DNA from: an uncultured Gammaproteobacteria bacterium
GTDB taxonomy: Bacteria; Patescibacteriota; Microgenomatia; Daviesbacterales; UBA10151
Reading direction: 5' to 3'
Length of the DNA stretch: 59,291 nucleotides
NCBI GenBank assembly: GCA_964524895.1
Contig: CAZGFG010000004.1
Span: 20,469 to 79,759, forward strand
Shown: in pieces, positions 25,443-35,787 of the stretch
How positions within the stretch are numbered: position 1 is the stretch's first letter
Layout: each line of letters starts with the position of its first letter
Notes under the pieces: generated by a model
What the model was told of the DNA's origin: nothing
The model's input: only the letters and a program-made list of their open reading frames with translations
Databases searched by the model: none
Position numbers and translations under genes: made by a program

Positions 25443-25736
25443 TTAAATAATAAAGGCATTGAGGGAATTGATTGGGATTCCTGAGCCGATTGGGCTGTCT
25501 TGAGTGAACCGAATGAGTCGAAGGAATGTCCAGTACAGAGGCGAAACTGTAAAAGTCTTGCAATGCGTGTCGAAAGTTTCGGAGCGCATCATGAATAAGA
25601 TTTCTGCATGATGTGTCCCGCACCGCGGACATTTTTTGTAGAAGTAGTGCAAGGTGGCACCGTCCTTAGTCGTAAAGGTTATAATCCTGAGCGCAGTCGA
25701 AGGAGCCCTTGTGGAGGCGCTACTTAGTAGTCCCAC
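25443..25736 (-). CDS. possible small CxxC protein, doubtful; the 5' part is a repeat hairpin
   Basis: KKCPRCG motif; repeat CCTTCGACTGCGCTCAGG at 25686-25703. Confidence 0.25.
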   Translation of the reverse strand: MGLLSSASTRAPSTALRIITFTTKDGATLHYFYKKCPRCGTHHAEILFMMRSETFDTHCKTFTVSPLYWTFLRLIRFTQDSPIGSGIPINSLNAFII

Positions 25737-25784
25737 AAGGGTTTTTTAGTGAAAAGAAGCAGATAAATATGTATAATGAACAGG

Positions 25785-26780
25785 ATGAAACGTGTACTTA
25801 CAGGGGATAGGCCGACATCTGATAGTTTCCATTTGGGAAACTATATCGGCTCGCTTAAAAATAGGGTTAAATTGCAACAGGAGTATGAGATGTTTATACC
25901 CCTGGTGGATTTACATGCTTTAACCACCCACTTTGACAGAACGGAAAGCCTTGAAAAAAATATTAGAGGTTTAATGCTTGGTTACCTATCGGTCGGTTTA
26001 GATCCTAATAAGGTAACCTTTTTTATACAATCCAAGGTCCCCGAAGTGTTAGAATTGGCGTATCTTTTAAGTACTATCACCCCCAGGCCTTTAGTGGCCC
26101 GGCAGCCTGCATTGAAAGAAAAATTAGATCAAGGTTCGGAAGATACCGTAGCCCTTTTCTATTATCCGGTTTTAATGGCAGCCGATATCCTCTTGCCAAA
26201 AGCCAATTTAGTGCCTGTGGGAAAAGATCAAAAAGCTCACGTAGAGTTGGCCAGGGATTTGGCAATTAAGTTTAATAATTTATACGGCGAAGTTTTTCCG
26301 ATTCCGGAACCTTTAATTGGTGAAGTTCCGACCTTACCTGGGACTGATGGCCAGGCCAAAATGGGGAAGTCCTTAGGAAATGCAATTTTTTTAACCGATT
26401 CGCCGGAAGAGGTAGAAAAAAAAGTGATGAATATGTATACCGATCCTAAAAGGATTCATCTAACTGACCCGGGAACTGTGGAAGGAAACCCTGTTTTTAT
26501 TTATCTTGATGCTTTTACAAAAGACCCAGAAAAATCTACTATAGACGATTTGAAAAAGCGCTATAGGTCAGGCCAAGTGGGGGATATTGAGGTAAAAAAG
26601 TATCTGGCCAAAATTCTGAATGAATTCCTGGAGCCGATCAGAAACAAACGGGCAGAATACGAAAAACAACCAGAGCTGGTTGATGAAATCCTTGAAAAGG
26701 GAACAGAAAAGGCTAGAGCAGAAGCCCAAAAAACCTTGGCAGAGGTAAAAAAGGCGATGAAGATAGATTATTTCACATGA
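25785..26780 (+). CDS. trpS: tryptophan--tRNA ligase
   Basis: TGDRPT, HLGNY (HIGH), VPVGKDQ, KMGKS (KMSKS). Confidence 0.96.
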   Translation: MKRVLTGDRPTSDSFHLGNYIGSLKNRVKLQQEYEMFIPLVDLHALTTHFDRTESLEKNIRGLMLGYLSVGLDPNKVTFFIQSKVPEVLELAYLLSTITPRPLVARQPALKEKLDQGSEDTVALFYYPVLMAADILLPKANLVPVGKDQKAHVELARDLAIKFNNLYGEVFPIPEPLIGEVPTLPGTDGQAKMGKSLGNAIFLTDSPEEVEKKVMNMYTDPKRIHLTDPGTVEGNPVFIYLDAFTKDPEKSTIDDLKKRYRSGQVGDIEVKKYLAKILNEFLEPIRNKRAEYEKQPELVDEILEKGTEKARAEAQKTLAEVKKAMKIDYFT

Positions 26781-27100
26781 TTACCATTGATGATTTTGCC
26801 AAAATTGAATTAAAGGTTGGCACTATTTTGGAAGCAGAGAAGATTGCCGAGTCTGATAAATTGATTAAGCTGCAAGTTGATTTAGGAGAGGAACAACCTA
26901 GACAAATCTTGGCCGGAGTAAAACAGTGGTATGAAGGTGAAGATTTAATAGGTAAACAGGTCATAGTTGTGGCCAATTTGGAGCCCAAAAAATTGATGGG
27001 GTATGATTCTGAAGGTATGTTACTTGCTGCCAGTTGTGAAGATAGGCCAGTATTTTTAACTGTTTCCCAACCTACCCCAAACGGGGCAAAAATCCGCTAA
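26777..27100 (+). CDS. tRNA-binding OB-fold protein (MetG C-terminal/CsaA/Trbp111-like)
   Basis: ITIDDFAKIELKVG, VVANL.PKKLMG..SEGMLLA. Confidence 0.9.
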   Translation: MITIDDFAKIELKVGTILEAEKIAESDKLIKLQVDLGEEQPRQILAGVKQWYEGEDLIGKQVIVVANLEPKKLMGYDSEGMLLAASCEDRPVFLTVSQPTPNGAKIR

Positions 27101-27125
27101 ATTAGCTGGTAATTGATCCCATAAT

Positions 27126-28994
27126 GTGATAGAATTCGAGCTTATGCCAAACGGTAAAAAAAGATTTACCAAAATCCCCAAAAATAGGTTTATATCGGTA
27201 GCCAAAGGTCTGGCAGTTTACATACTGGTAGCTTTGGCAGCTATGATCTTTTTCTACCAGATTTCCGGCCCTGCCCCCCAAGGTGAACAAGTACCTATTT
27301 CTAAAATAGTTACTGAAGCAAAAGAAGGCAATCTTAATAAAATTTCCCTGGAAGGGGATAAAGTAGTAGCCGAGGTTAAGGGTTCAGATCAAAAGCTGGT
27401 TTCCCATAAGGAAGCTGGGGAGTCAATCTATAAGATTTTGGAGTCAAGCAATATTGACCCCACCAATTTTACAATTGAGATAAAAGATACCTCAATCCAG
27501 CAGGCTTGGTTGGGGATTTTAGGGGCTGTTTTGCCAATCCTTCTGATGGTAGTTTTTTTCTTTTTCTTATTCAGACAGGCTCGGGATGCGGGACAGGGGA
27601 TTTTCTCCTTTGCTCAAAGCAAGGCCAGGTTATTTACCAAAGATCAACCCCAGATTAAGTTTTCAGATGTAGCCGGTGCAGATGAAGCCAAAAGAGAGCT
27701 ATCTGAAGTTGTAGAGTTTTTAAAAACTCCGGATAAATTTAAAGCATTAGGAGCCAGGATTCCCAAAGGAGTATTACTCGTGGGTCCAGCTGGTACCGGA
27801 AAAACTTTAATTTCGCGCGCAGTGGCAGGGGAAGCTGGAGTACCGTTTTTTTCTATAGCTGGATCAGAATTTATGGAAATGTTAGTAGGAGTTGGAGCAG
27901 CAAGAGTAAGGGATATGTTTGCTCAAGCTAAGAAAGCAGCCCCAGCTATTATTTTTGTGGATGAAATTGAATCAATAGGCAGGCAACGGGGTATGGGGAT
28001 TTCCGGCGGGCATGATGAGCGTGAACAAACTTTAAACCAGATTTTGGTTGAAATGGATGGATTTACTCCTAATGAAAGGGTAATAATAATTGCTGCGACT
28101 AATCGTCCAGATTTATTGGATGCAGCGCTGGTTAGGCCCGGCAGGTTTGATCGAAGAGTAGTCTTGGGGCTGCCGGATTTGGAAGAGCGCAAAGCAATCA
28201 TTGAACTTCATATGAAAGGTAAACCTTTTACTCAAGATGTCAGTATAGAAAAATTAGCCAGAAGAACAGTAGGGTTTTCCGGTGCGGACTTGGCAAATAT
28301 GCTCAATGAGGCAGCGATTTTGGCAGCCAGAGAGGGCAAAAGTGCAATTGATAATAAAGATTTGGAAGAAGCTGCCACTAAAGAAAAAATGGGGCCGCAG
28401 CGGAAAAGAATGCAAAGTGAGGCAGACCGCAAACTGGCTGCTTACCATGAGGCAGGACACGCTATAGTAGGTCACTTTTTACCGGCGGTGGATCCGGTGC
28501 ATAGGATCAGTATAGTTTCTCGAGGGGTGACTGGCGGGCACACTCTTTTTCCTCCAACCGAAGACAGGTCTAATGAAAGTAAGTCGCGTTTGATGCAACA
28601 AATAAGTGCTGCTTTGGGAGGCCAAGCTGCGGAGGAGTTAATGTTTAAAGATATCTCAACCGGTGCAGCTTCTGATATCCAGGTAGCTACCAATATTGCC
28701 AGACAAATGGTAACTCAATATGGGATGTCAGATTTGGGTCCTATTAATCTGCAGTCCAGAAGTATGTTTGGAATATGGAAAGCGGAAGAAGGGGAAGAGA
28801 TGTCTCCTGATCTGCATAACGCTGTAGATAAAGAGATCAGAAAGATCATGAACGAAGCTTTTAAACAGGCTCAAGCTTTGCTTAAAAAGCATAAGACCAA
28901 ACTGGATAAAGTGGCCAAGGAGCTGCTGGTCAAGGAAACCTTGGAATCTGACGAATTTGAAAAATTTGTGGGTAAAAAAAGGATAGTGATTTGA
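27126..28994 (+). CDS. ftsH: ATP-dependent zinc metalloprotease FtsH
   Basis: 2 [28 protein letters not shown]. Confidence 0.97.
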   Translation: MIEFELMPNGKKRFTKIPKNRFISVAKGLAVYILVALAAMIFFYQISGPAPQGEQVPISKIVTEAKEGNLNKISLEGDKVVAEVKGSDQKLVSHKEAGESIYKILESSNIDPTNFTIEIKDTSIQQAWLGILGAVLPILLMVVFFFFLFRQARDAGQGIFSFAQSKARLFTKDQPQIKFSDVAGADEAKRELSEVVEFLKTPDKFKALGARIPKGVLLVGPAGTGKTLISRAVAGEAGVPFFSIAGSEFMEMLVGVGAARVRDMFAQAKKAAPAIIFVDEIESIGRQRGMGISGGHDEREQTLNQILVEMDGFTPNERVIIIAATNRPDLLDAALVRPGRFDRRVVLGLPDLEERKAIIELHMKGKPFTQDVSIEKLARRTVGFSGADLANMLNEAAILAAREGKSAIDNKDLEEAATKEKMGPQRKRMQSEADRKLAAYHEAGHAIVGHFLPAVDPVHRISIVSRGVTGGHTLFPPTEDRSNESKSRLMQQISAALGGQAAEELMFKDISTGAASDIQVATNIARQMVTQYGMSDLGPINLQSRSMFGIWKAEEGEEMSPDLHNAVDKEIRKIMNEAFKQAQALLKKHKTKLDKVAKELLVKETLESDEFEKFVGKKRIVI

Positions 28995-29090
28995 CAAAGT
29001 TATCGTATCAGGTATAAACTACTTTTGGTTAACTTCTCTCATATCAAAGTTAGAAAGTGACCCGTAAAAGGCATTACGCGTACCCAAACA

Positions 29091-29216
29091 ATGAATACTC
29101 TTAAAGATCCAACACTATCGGGATTAAAATTAACTCTTTTTAAAAGGGGTAATTTTTCTACCAAAGGTAGAGGATTAGGGGTCTTGGCAAAGATGATATG
29201 GAGATTAAAGCGATAA
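29091..29216 (+). CDS. putative 41-aa cationic leader peptide
   Basis: MNTLKDPTLSGLKLTLFKRGNFSTKGRGLGVLAKMIWRLKR, between a promoter (TTGACA 28991) and a terminator. Confidence 0.4.
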   Translation: MNTLKDPTLSGLKLTLFKRGNFSTKGRGLGVLAKMIWRLKR

Positions 29217-29245
29217 ATTGACTTCACAAATTATATTTTCTTTTC

Positions 29246-29269
29246 AAGCCCCGAGAGATCGGGGTTTTT
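29246..29269 (+). terminator. attenuator-like terminator just upstream of the ABC transporter
   Basis: GCCCCGA-GAGA-TCGGGGT followed by a T run. Confidence 0.75.
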
Positions 29270-29271
29270 AA

Positions 29272-31074
29272 ATGCCCAAAATGCCTAGAGAGGTGATTAT
29301 GATACGATCAAAACATAAACGTATGAACTTTTTAGAAAAAATATGGAAACTACTTCAGCCTTTTCATAAGGACTTGTACCTTATTGTCTTTATCACTACT
29401 GTTTTCCAGATTTTGAGGATGGGCGCTCCTTATATGTTTGGGAAAATATTGGATTTACTCATCTCTTCCCAAGGTTTATTAGATATCAAAACAGCCGCCT
29501 TCATTATCGGTGGATTAATAGGAGTAAGAATCATGTCTTTGGTAATTGATTATATCTTAGATATTGTTTTGGTGGGGTTATTGTGGAAATCAGAGCAATA
29601 TGTTTCCAGGACAACATTTAATAAATTGCTTCAGTTATCTCTTGATTATCATGAGAAAGAAAATACAGGTAATAAGATCAATATTGTTAATAAAGGGCGA
29701 GATAAGCTAATTGATTTACTGGCTACTTATGGCTGGAATTTTCAACCTGTGGTGATCCAATTAATAGTCAGCGCCGTGTTAATGATCTTTGTAGATTTAA
29801 TTTTTGGGCTTATCTTTACTGCTTCCCTAATTCCTTTTGTAGTTAATATGTTTATTACCTACAAAAAGACTTCAGAGTTAAGAGCTCAACGCCATGACGC
29901 CTATGAAACATCAAGTGGGGAGATAGGGGATACGATCGCCAATATTACAGTAGTTAAGGCTTTCGCTCAGGAGAATCGTGAATCACATGCTTTTGCTTCT
30001 ATTTGGGATACGATCAAAAGTTTATCAGTGAAAGAGTTTAAGCTTCATATGAGCAACGGTTTTTTGAGAAGTTTAAGTGTCGAGATCATCTATGCAGTTT
30101 TGCTGATTGTAGGTATTTATGAGATTAAAGCTGGTTTAATTACAGTAGGAAGCTTAGTCTTTTTGATCAGCTTAACTGAACGGGCCTATTCAAATATCTT
30201 TCAACTGGGTTGGATTTACGAAAGGGCAGTAGATGCATCCGAGCCTGTTAATAGGGTAATCTCTTTGTTGTCTAGAAAACCAAGTATTGAAAACTCACCT
30301 CATGCCATAGTTCCGGCAGAGATCAAAGGTAAGATCAGTTTTAAACATCTGACCTTTGCCTATAATAGAAAAAGGGTTTTAAGAAATATCAGTTTTACTA
30401 TCCCGGCCGGTTCTTTTACTGCTTTGGTGGGTAAATCAGGATCTGGAAAATCAACTGTTGCTAAGCTTTTAAGCCGCTACTATGACCCCAAAAGCGGAAG
30501 TATAGTTATTGACGGCAGATATGATTTAAGAGATTTGGATATAGACACTTATAGACAAAATACGGCAGTAGTTTTTCAGGATTCTCCTGTTCCCAATAGA
30601 AAAATTTGGGAAATTATCGCCTATGCTGCGGGAAGGGTAGAATTTAGTGCTGTTAGAAGCAGAGTTTTAAATGCTGCCAAGAATGCCTATGCAGATGAAT
30701 TCATCAAAGAATTACCAGATGGATATCAAACTCAAGTAGGGGAAAGAGGAGTAAAGCTATCAGGTGGACAACGGCAAAGGTTGGCCATTGCCAGGGCTTT
30801 GTTTGCAGAACCCAGGATATTAGTTATGGATGAGCCCACCAGTCACTTGGATACTCATTCTGAAAGTCTGATCCAGCAAGCTTTAAAGGATTTATCAAAA
30901 GAAAGGTCTTTTACCAAAATTATTATCGCCCATAGGTTATCTACGGTTCGACAAGCAGACCAGATCTTAGTCATGGAAAAGGGGAGGGTTGTTGAGAAAG
31001 GTACACATACCCAACTCTTACGAAAGAACGGAGTTTATGCTTCCATAGTCCATCAGAGTGAACTTAAAGGCTAA
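29272..31074 (+). CDS. ABC exporter, fused TMD + NBD (MdlB/MsbA-like)
   Basis: GKSGSGKS, LSGGQRQR, LVMDEPTSHLD, IAHRLST. Confidence 0.95.
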   Translation: MPKMPREVIMIRSKHKRMNFLEKIWKLLQPFHKDLYLIVFITTVFQILRMGAPYMFGKILDLLISSQGLLDIKTAAFIIGGLIGVRIMSLVIDYILDIVLVGLLWKSEQYVSRTTFNKLLQLSLDYHEKENTGNKINIVNKGRDKLIDLLATYGWNFQPVVIQLIVSAVLMIFVDLIFGLIFTASLIPFVVNMFITYKKTSELRAQRHDAYETSSGEIGDTIANITVVKAFAQENRESHAFASIWDTIKSLSVKEFKLHMSNGFLRSLSVEIIYAVLLIVGIYEIKAGLITVGSLVFLISLTERAYSNIFQLGWIYERAVDASEPVNRVISLLSRKPSIENSPHAIVPAEIKGKISFKHLTFAYNRKRVLRNISFTIPAGSFTALVGKSGSGKSTVAKLLSRYYDPKSGSIVIDGRYDLRDLDIDTYRQNTAVVFQDSPVPNRKIWEIIAYAAGRVEFSAVRSRVLNAAKNAYADEFIKELPDGYQTQVGERGVKLSGGQRQRLAIARALFAEPRILVMDEPTSHLDTHSESLIQQALKDLSKERSFTKIIIAHRLSTVRQADQILVMEKGRVVEKGTHTQLLRKNGVYASIVHQSELKG

Positions 31075-31120
31075 TTTCGGTTGACATTAGATATCTTCCC
31101 CAACTACTATTAGGGGGTAC

Positions 31121-31882
31121 ATGCGTATTTTGGTTGGTTTGACCATTTCTTTCTTACTGTTTTTTTTAGTGGGAAACGCTTTTGCCCAAAGCTCCTCCTT
31201 TCCCTCTGCCCAACCTACCCAACTGATGACCGATTTAAAATATCCGGACCCCATACAAATTGGCCAGGCTCAACTATATCCTTCAACCCCTTTATATTCT
31301 CTAAAAACAATCAGAGAAGGTATAGAGCTTAAGTTTTCAGCTACCCCCAGAGTTAAATTAATCCGTTATTTTGAATTTTCTGTAAGAAGGCTAAGGGAAG
31401 TTGAAGCTTTGATTTCGAAAGATAAACAAGGGTGGATTGAGCCAACGTTGGTGAGTTACCGTCAGGATGTGGATACTTTATATGATCTAGCTGCTGAAGA
31501 CACTGATATTTGGGTAGCAGATAGGTTGGGTGAGCAACTGAATTGGCTGGTTAACCGCTATGATAAGTTAAAGGATCCACGGGCACAATTGGCTGCCCGG
31601 GCCAGTATTGAAAGGTTAGTAAAGCATAACAGCCGGATGCTTGCTAACCCCAAAATAGATCAAGGACAATTAATTGGGAAAATTGCTTTGGACCAGTCTT
31701 TGGGCTGTTTATTTTTGATTAAGGAAGCAACTAATTCGGCTTTAACCCAAGCAGAAAGGGTTCTGATAGGGGATGATGCTACGAGTTGTTTGGAAGATAT
31801 AAATGGCCCGCTATCTGGGCAGCTTAAAGATACCTACTTTAGGCAGATTATATCCGGCGGTTCGCCAACGAGCCCATTTTGA
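31121..31882 (+). CDS. secreted DUF5667-like protein
   Basis: signal peptide; P.TPLYSLK..RE and RRLRE motifs. Confidence 0.7.
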   Translation: MRILVGLTISFLLFFLVGNAFAQSSSFPSAQPTQLMTDLKYPDPIQIGQAQLYPSTPLYSLKTIREGIELKFSATPRVKLIRYFEFSVRRLREVEALISKDKQGWIEPTLVSYRQDVDTLYDLAAEDTDIWVADRLGEQLNWLVNRYDKLKDPRAQLAARASIERLVKHNSRMLANPKIDQGQLIGKIALDQSLGCLFLIKEATNSALTQAERVLIGDDATSCLEDINGPLSGQLKDTYFRQIISGGSPTSPF

Positions 31883-31901
31883 GGTAAAATATCCTAACTG
31901 T

Positions 31902-32651
31902 ATGAAATTCGTTGATTTGGCGATTATCATCCCCACACTAAACGAGGAGTATTTTATAGGAGATTTATTGGATTCTGTTGCACAGCAGAGCATACAACCC
32001 AGGGAAATAATAGTAGTAGATGCATATTCACAAGATGGTACTATAGCTCAAGTTAAGAATCGACAGAAAATTTTGCCTCGACTGCGGTTTTACCAAATAC
32101 CCAGAAAAACAGTAGCTTCCCAGAGAAATTTCGGTGCTTCTAAAGCTACTGCGGCACACCTGTTGTTCTTAGATGCGGATACAATATTACAAGATCAAAA
32201 TACTTTAAAAAAATATTTGTCGGAAGTTGAAAGAAAAAAGCCGGATTTGGCTGCTGCCCCTATTCGGCCCCTCTCCAGCTATTGGAAAGATAAGATATAT
32301 TTTAAGGGTATAAATATTGCCCATAGATTGGCCAAACCGGTTTGGCCAATGGCATTGGGGATCAATATCTATTTTAAGAAACGGTCTTTCCAAAAGGTTG
32401 GAGGTTTTGATGAGAGGATTATAGTAGGGGAAGACCATGAATTAGTGCAAAGGTCTGTAAAGAAAGGCTGTAAGTTTGCACTGCTTAAACAACCCGGCAT
32501 TTATACATCAGTGAGAAGATTGGAAAAAGAGGGTAGAAGAAAATTTACCTTAAAAATGATGAGGTCTTTAGTGAATGTCTTATTATATGGGTATAGAAAT
32601 AATCCGATTGAATATGAGTTCGGGAAATTTAAGCCTAAAGGTTTAAATTAG
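31902..32651 (+). CDS. glycosyltransferase family 2
   Basis: IIIPTLNEE, QRNFGA, LFLDAD, GGFDE..GEDH. Confidence 0.92.
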   Translation: MKFVDLAIIIPTLNEEYFIGDLLDSVAQQSIQPREIIVVDAYSQDGTIAQVKNRQKILPRLRFYQIPRKTVASQRNFGASKATAAHLLFLDADTILQDQNTLKKYLSEVERKKPDLAAAPIRPLSSYWKDKIYFKGINIAHRLAKPVWPMALGINIYFKKRSFQKVGGFDERIIVGEDHELVQRSVKKGCKFALLKQPGIYTSVRRLEKEGRRKFTLKMMRSLVNVLLYGYRNNPIEYEFGKFKPKGLN

Positions 32652-32694
32652 TCTTTACGTTGTATTTGTCCACTTTTTCCACTACAATTTACGC

Positions 32695-34950
32695 ATGAAA
32701 CGCTTAGTTCTGGTAGACGGGAATGCTCTGCTGCATAGAGCTTATCATGCCACCCCACCTCTCACTACCTCCAAAGGAGAATTGGTTAACGCGGTGTATG
32801 GCTTTAGCTCTATGCTTTTGCGTTCTATTAATGAGCTGGCTCCTGATTTTATTGCTGTGGCCTGGGATAAAAAAGGGCCTACATTTCGCCACCAGGTTTT
32901 TACTCAATATAAAGCTACCCGTGGTCCTGCAGATGACGGGTTATCTACCCAATACAAACGGGTTTTTGAAGTGGTAGATACTTTAAACATCCCCGAATTT
33001 TCCCTAGCCGGTTATGAAGCTGATGATTTAATTGGAACACTGGCAAAGCAAGCAGTTGAGAAAGAAAAAAATCTGGAGGTAATAATACTGACAGGGGATA
33101 GGGATATCATGCAGACAATAGGTAAAAATGTTAAGGTTTTAATGCCTAAGAAAACTTTGCAGGATGTCGGGCTTTACGGAATAGAGGAATTTGTAGCTAG
33201 GTATGGTTTTGATCCGGTGAATTTAGTGGACTATAAGGCCCTAGCAGGGGATGCTTCAGACAACATTCCTGGTGTTTCTGGAATCGGGGATATTTCTGCT
33301 ACAAAATTGGTTCAGCAATTTGGCACGATTGAAAAAATTTACAACCCAAAAAATCTGAAAACTTTACCGGAAAGGACGCAAAAGCTTTTGGCAGAGGGGG
33401 GGGAGTCGGCGGTGATGAGCAAAAGTCTGGCTATGTTGGATTTAAATGCCCCTATCAAACTGGATTTGGTTGCCTGCAGAGTTCATGATTATAATCACGA
33501 GAAAGCGGTTGAATTATTCCAAGAGCTGGAGTTTAAAAGCTTGATCCCCAGGTTGCCTGGAGATGCTCGGGGTCCTGCCGGCTCGGTTTCCCAGCGTGCA
33601 TCCTCGATCGCTTCCGCTCCTGCGGCTACGCGCCGGGACCCCTCTTCGCCGTCACCCCTCGCCGGCTCAAACTTCGCCGGCCCAAATACTACTGATTTAG
33701 ACCTGGAAGTTACTCCTGTTTTGGAACAGATGAGTAGAAACGGAGTAATGGTAGATTTGAAGTTTTTGCAAAAAATGGGCAAGGATTTAAAGGCCAAGTT
33801 GCAAAAGTGTGAGCAGGAGATTTATCAAAAAGTTGGGCATGAGTTTAATATCAACAGCCCCAAACAGCTTTCCCAGATCCTTTTTGATGATTTAAAATTA
33901 CCAGTGGTCAGAAAAACCAAAACAGGCCGTTCAACAGATGAGGCAACCCTGCTGCAACTACATGATGCCCATCCGGTGGTACCGTTAATTTTGCAGTACC
34001 GCCAGATGTTTAAGTTAATCTCAACTTATATTGATGCTTTGCCCAAATTTGCAGATAAAAATAACCGGATTCATTCTACTTTTAATGTAGAAGGAGCTGC
34101 TACCGGCAGGCTCTCTTCGCAGGACCCGAACGTGCAAAATATCCCAATCAGAGGACAATTAGGATCGGAAATCAGAAAAGCTTTTATAGCTCCAAAAGGG
34201 AAGGTACTTTTGGCAGCCGATTATTCCCAAATTGAGCTTAGGATTTTGGCTCACTTATCCGGGGACCCCAATTTGGAAAAAGCGTTTAAAGAGGGGATAG
34301 ATATTCACGTTTTAACTGCCTCCAAGATTTTTAAGATACCGGTTGAAAAGATAAATAAACAGCAGCGGATGGTAGGTAAAACTATGAATTTTGCCACCCT
34401 TTACGGCCAGGGCCCGCATGCTCTTTCCCAGCAATTGGGTATTGATTATCAAACTGCCCGCCAATATATCAATGAATATTTTGAACAGTTTCCTAAAGTG
34501 CGACAGTGGATGGCTACTGTTTTGGAGCAGGGGTATCAAAAAGGATATGTAGAAACAATCTGGGGCAGGAAAAGATATATCCCGGAGCTGCAAGCTTCCA
34601 ACAGGATGCTGAAAGCATTTGGGGAACGGGCTGCGGTAAACCATCCTATTCAGGGGACCCAGGCGGATATGATCAAAAAAGCGATGATAGAGATAGATAA
34701 AGAACTAGAAACTAGGAATAAGAAATTAGGTAAGACCAAGCCTAGTTCTTCCAACCTAGCTCCTAGTTCCTGCAGCCTGATCTTGCAAGTTCATGATGAG
34801 CTTTTATTTGAATGTGACCCAAAACTTATTAAAGAAATAGGTAAAATGGTTGGTGAGAAAATGGAAAATGCTATCAAGCTTTCGGTGCCGGTGAAAGTGG
34901 ATTTAAAGGTTGGCAAAAATTGGGGCGAAATGGAGCCGCTTAAGGTATGA
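32695..34950 (+). CDS. polA: DNA polymerase I lacking the 3'-5' exonuclease domain
   Basis: LVDGNALLHRAYHA, GYEADD, ADYSQIELR, KTMNFATLYG, LQVHDEL. Confidence 0.96.
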   Translation: MKRLVLVDGNALLHRAYHATPPLTTSKGELVNAVYGFSSMLLRSINELAPDFIAVAWDKKGPTFRHQVFTQYKATRGPADDGLSTQYKRVFEVVDTLNIPEFSLAGYEADDLIGTLAKQAVEKEKNLEVIILTGDRDIMQTIGKNVKVLMPKKTLQDVGLYGIEEFVARYGFDPVNLVDYKALAGDASDNIPGVSGIGDISATKLVQQFGTIEKIYNPKNLKTLPERTQKLLAEGGESAVMSKSLAMLDLNAPIKLDLVACRVHDYNHEKAVELFQELEFKSLIPRLPGDARGPAGSVSQRASSIASAPAATRRDPSSPSPLAGSNFAGPNTTDLDLEVTPVLEQMSRNGVMVDLKFLQKMGKDLKAKLQKCEQEIYQKVGHEFNINSPKQLSQILFDDLKLPVVRKTKTGRSTDEATLLQLHDAHPVVPLILQYRQMFKLISTYIDALPKFADKNNRIHSTFNVEGAATGRLSSQDPNVQNIPIRGQLGSEIRKAFIAPKGKVLLAADYSQIELRILAHLSGDPNLEKAFKEGIDIHVLTASKIFKIPVEKINKQQRMVGKTMNFATLYGQGPHALSQQLGIDYQTARQYINEYFEQFPKVRQWMATVLEQGYQKGYVETIWGRKRYIPELQASNRMLKAFGERAAVNHPIQGTQADMIKKAMIEIDKELETRNKKLGKTKPSSSNLAPSSCSLILQVHDELLFECDPKLIKEIGKMVGEKMENAIKLSVPVKVDLKVGKNWGEMEPLKV
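33563..33683. repeat. GC-rich palindromic insertion in the polA linker
   Basis: GGGGTCC/GGACCCC (33569-33642) and GCCGGC/GCCGGC (33661-33681) hairpins; encodes low-complexity A/S/P sequence. Confidence 0.7.
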
Positions 34951-34965
34951 TAGAATAAGCAGCTT

Positions 34966-35787
34966 ATGAAAACACTTGTTACACATATTAACCCGCATTT
35001 GGATGATATTGCAGCTATCTGGCTGTTTAAAAAGTTTCATCCGGACTTTGCCGATGCCAAAATAGAATTTATCTCCGCTTCGCAAGGCAACAAACCAATA
35101 GAGAAGAGTGAGGAGAAAGTATTTTTGGGGGTAGGAAGGGGAAAATTTGATGAGCACAAAGGAGATTTGGAAGATTGTGCCGCTTCTTTGGTGTGGAAAA
35201 ATCTTAAAGGAGAAGGTTTAACCCCAAAAGATGAAGCGGAAGCTAATGCTTTAACAGAATTGGTGGAGTGGGTAAGGCTGGGGGATCTGGGAAGATTGCC
35301 TATTGAGAAGTTTGATGACTTTACTGTCCCCTCTTTTATCCGGGTTTTTGGTAGTGAGCAAGCCGCTACTTCATTGGAAAATACGGATTTGGGTCTTAAG
35401 ATTTTAGACCGGATTTACAGAGGTTTAATAAACAAACATAAAGCAGAGAAGGATTGGGAGGTAAGAGTGGAGTTTGAAACTAAATGGGGAAAGGGAGTGG
35501 CTGTAAAATCTGCCTTTGTAAACAGAGGTTTTTGTAAAAATAAAGGTGTGGATATTTGTTTAATGGTTGATCCCAGGTACGGTTCCGTCCAATTTTTTAC
35601 ACCTAAACCTAAAAATGAAGGTGATTTAGAGCCTATTTATAGGAAAGTGAAAGAATTAGACCCGCAAGCTACCTGGTTTTTGCACCAGTCTCACCATATG
35701 GTAATTTGTGGTTCGGGTTCTGCCCCTGATTCTAAAAGAACCAAATTGTCTTTTGATCAGCTTATAGAGGTTGCCAAAAATCCTTGA
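34966..35787 (+). CDS. DHH/MYG1-like phosphoesterase-fold protein
   Basis: VTHINPHLDD, GRGKFDEH, WFLHQSHHM. Confidence 0.55.
   Translation: MKTLVTHINPHLDDIAAIWLFKKFHPDFADAKIEFISASQGNKPIEKSEEKVFLGVGRGKFDEHKGDLEDCAASLVWKNLKGEGLTPKDEAEANALTELVEWVRLGDLGRLPIEKFDDFTVPSFIRVFGSEQAATSLENTDLGLKILDRIYRGLINKHKAEKDWEVRVEFETKWGKGVAVKSAFVNRGFCKNKGVDICLMVDPRYGSVQFFTPKPKNEGDLEPIYRKVKELDPQATWFLHQSHHMVICGSGSAPDSKRTKLSFDQLIEVAKNP

Noticed and set aside
25403-25784. T-box riboswitch upstream of trpS
   Set aside because: No UGGNACC T-box or specifier stem; a -10 sits 7 nt before the trpS ATG.
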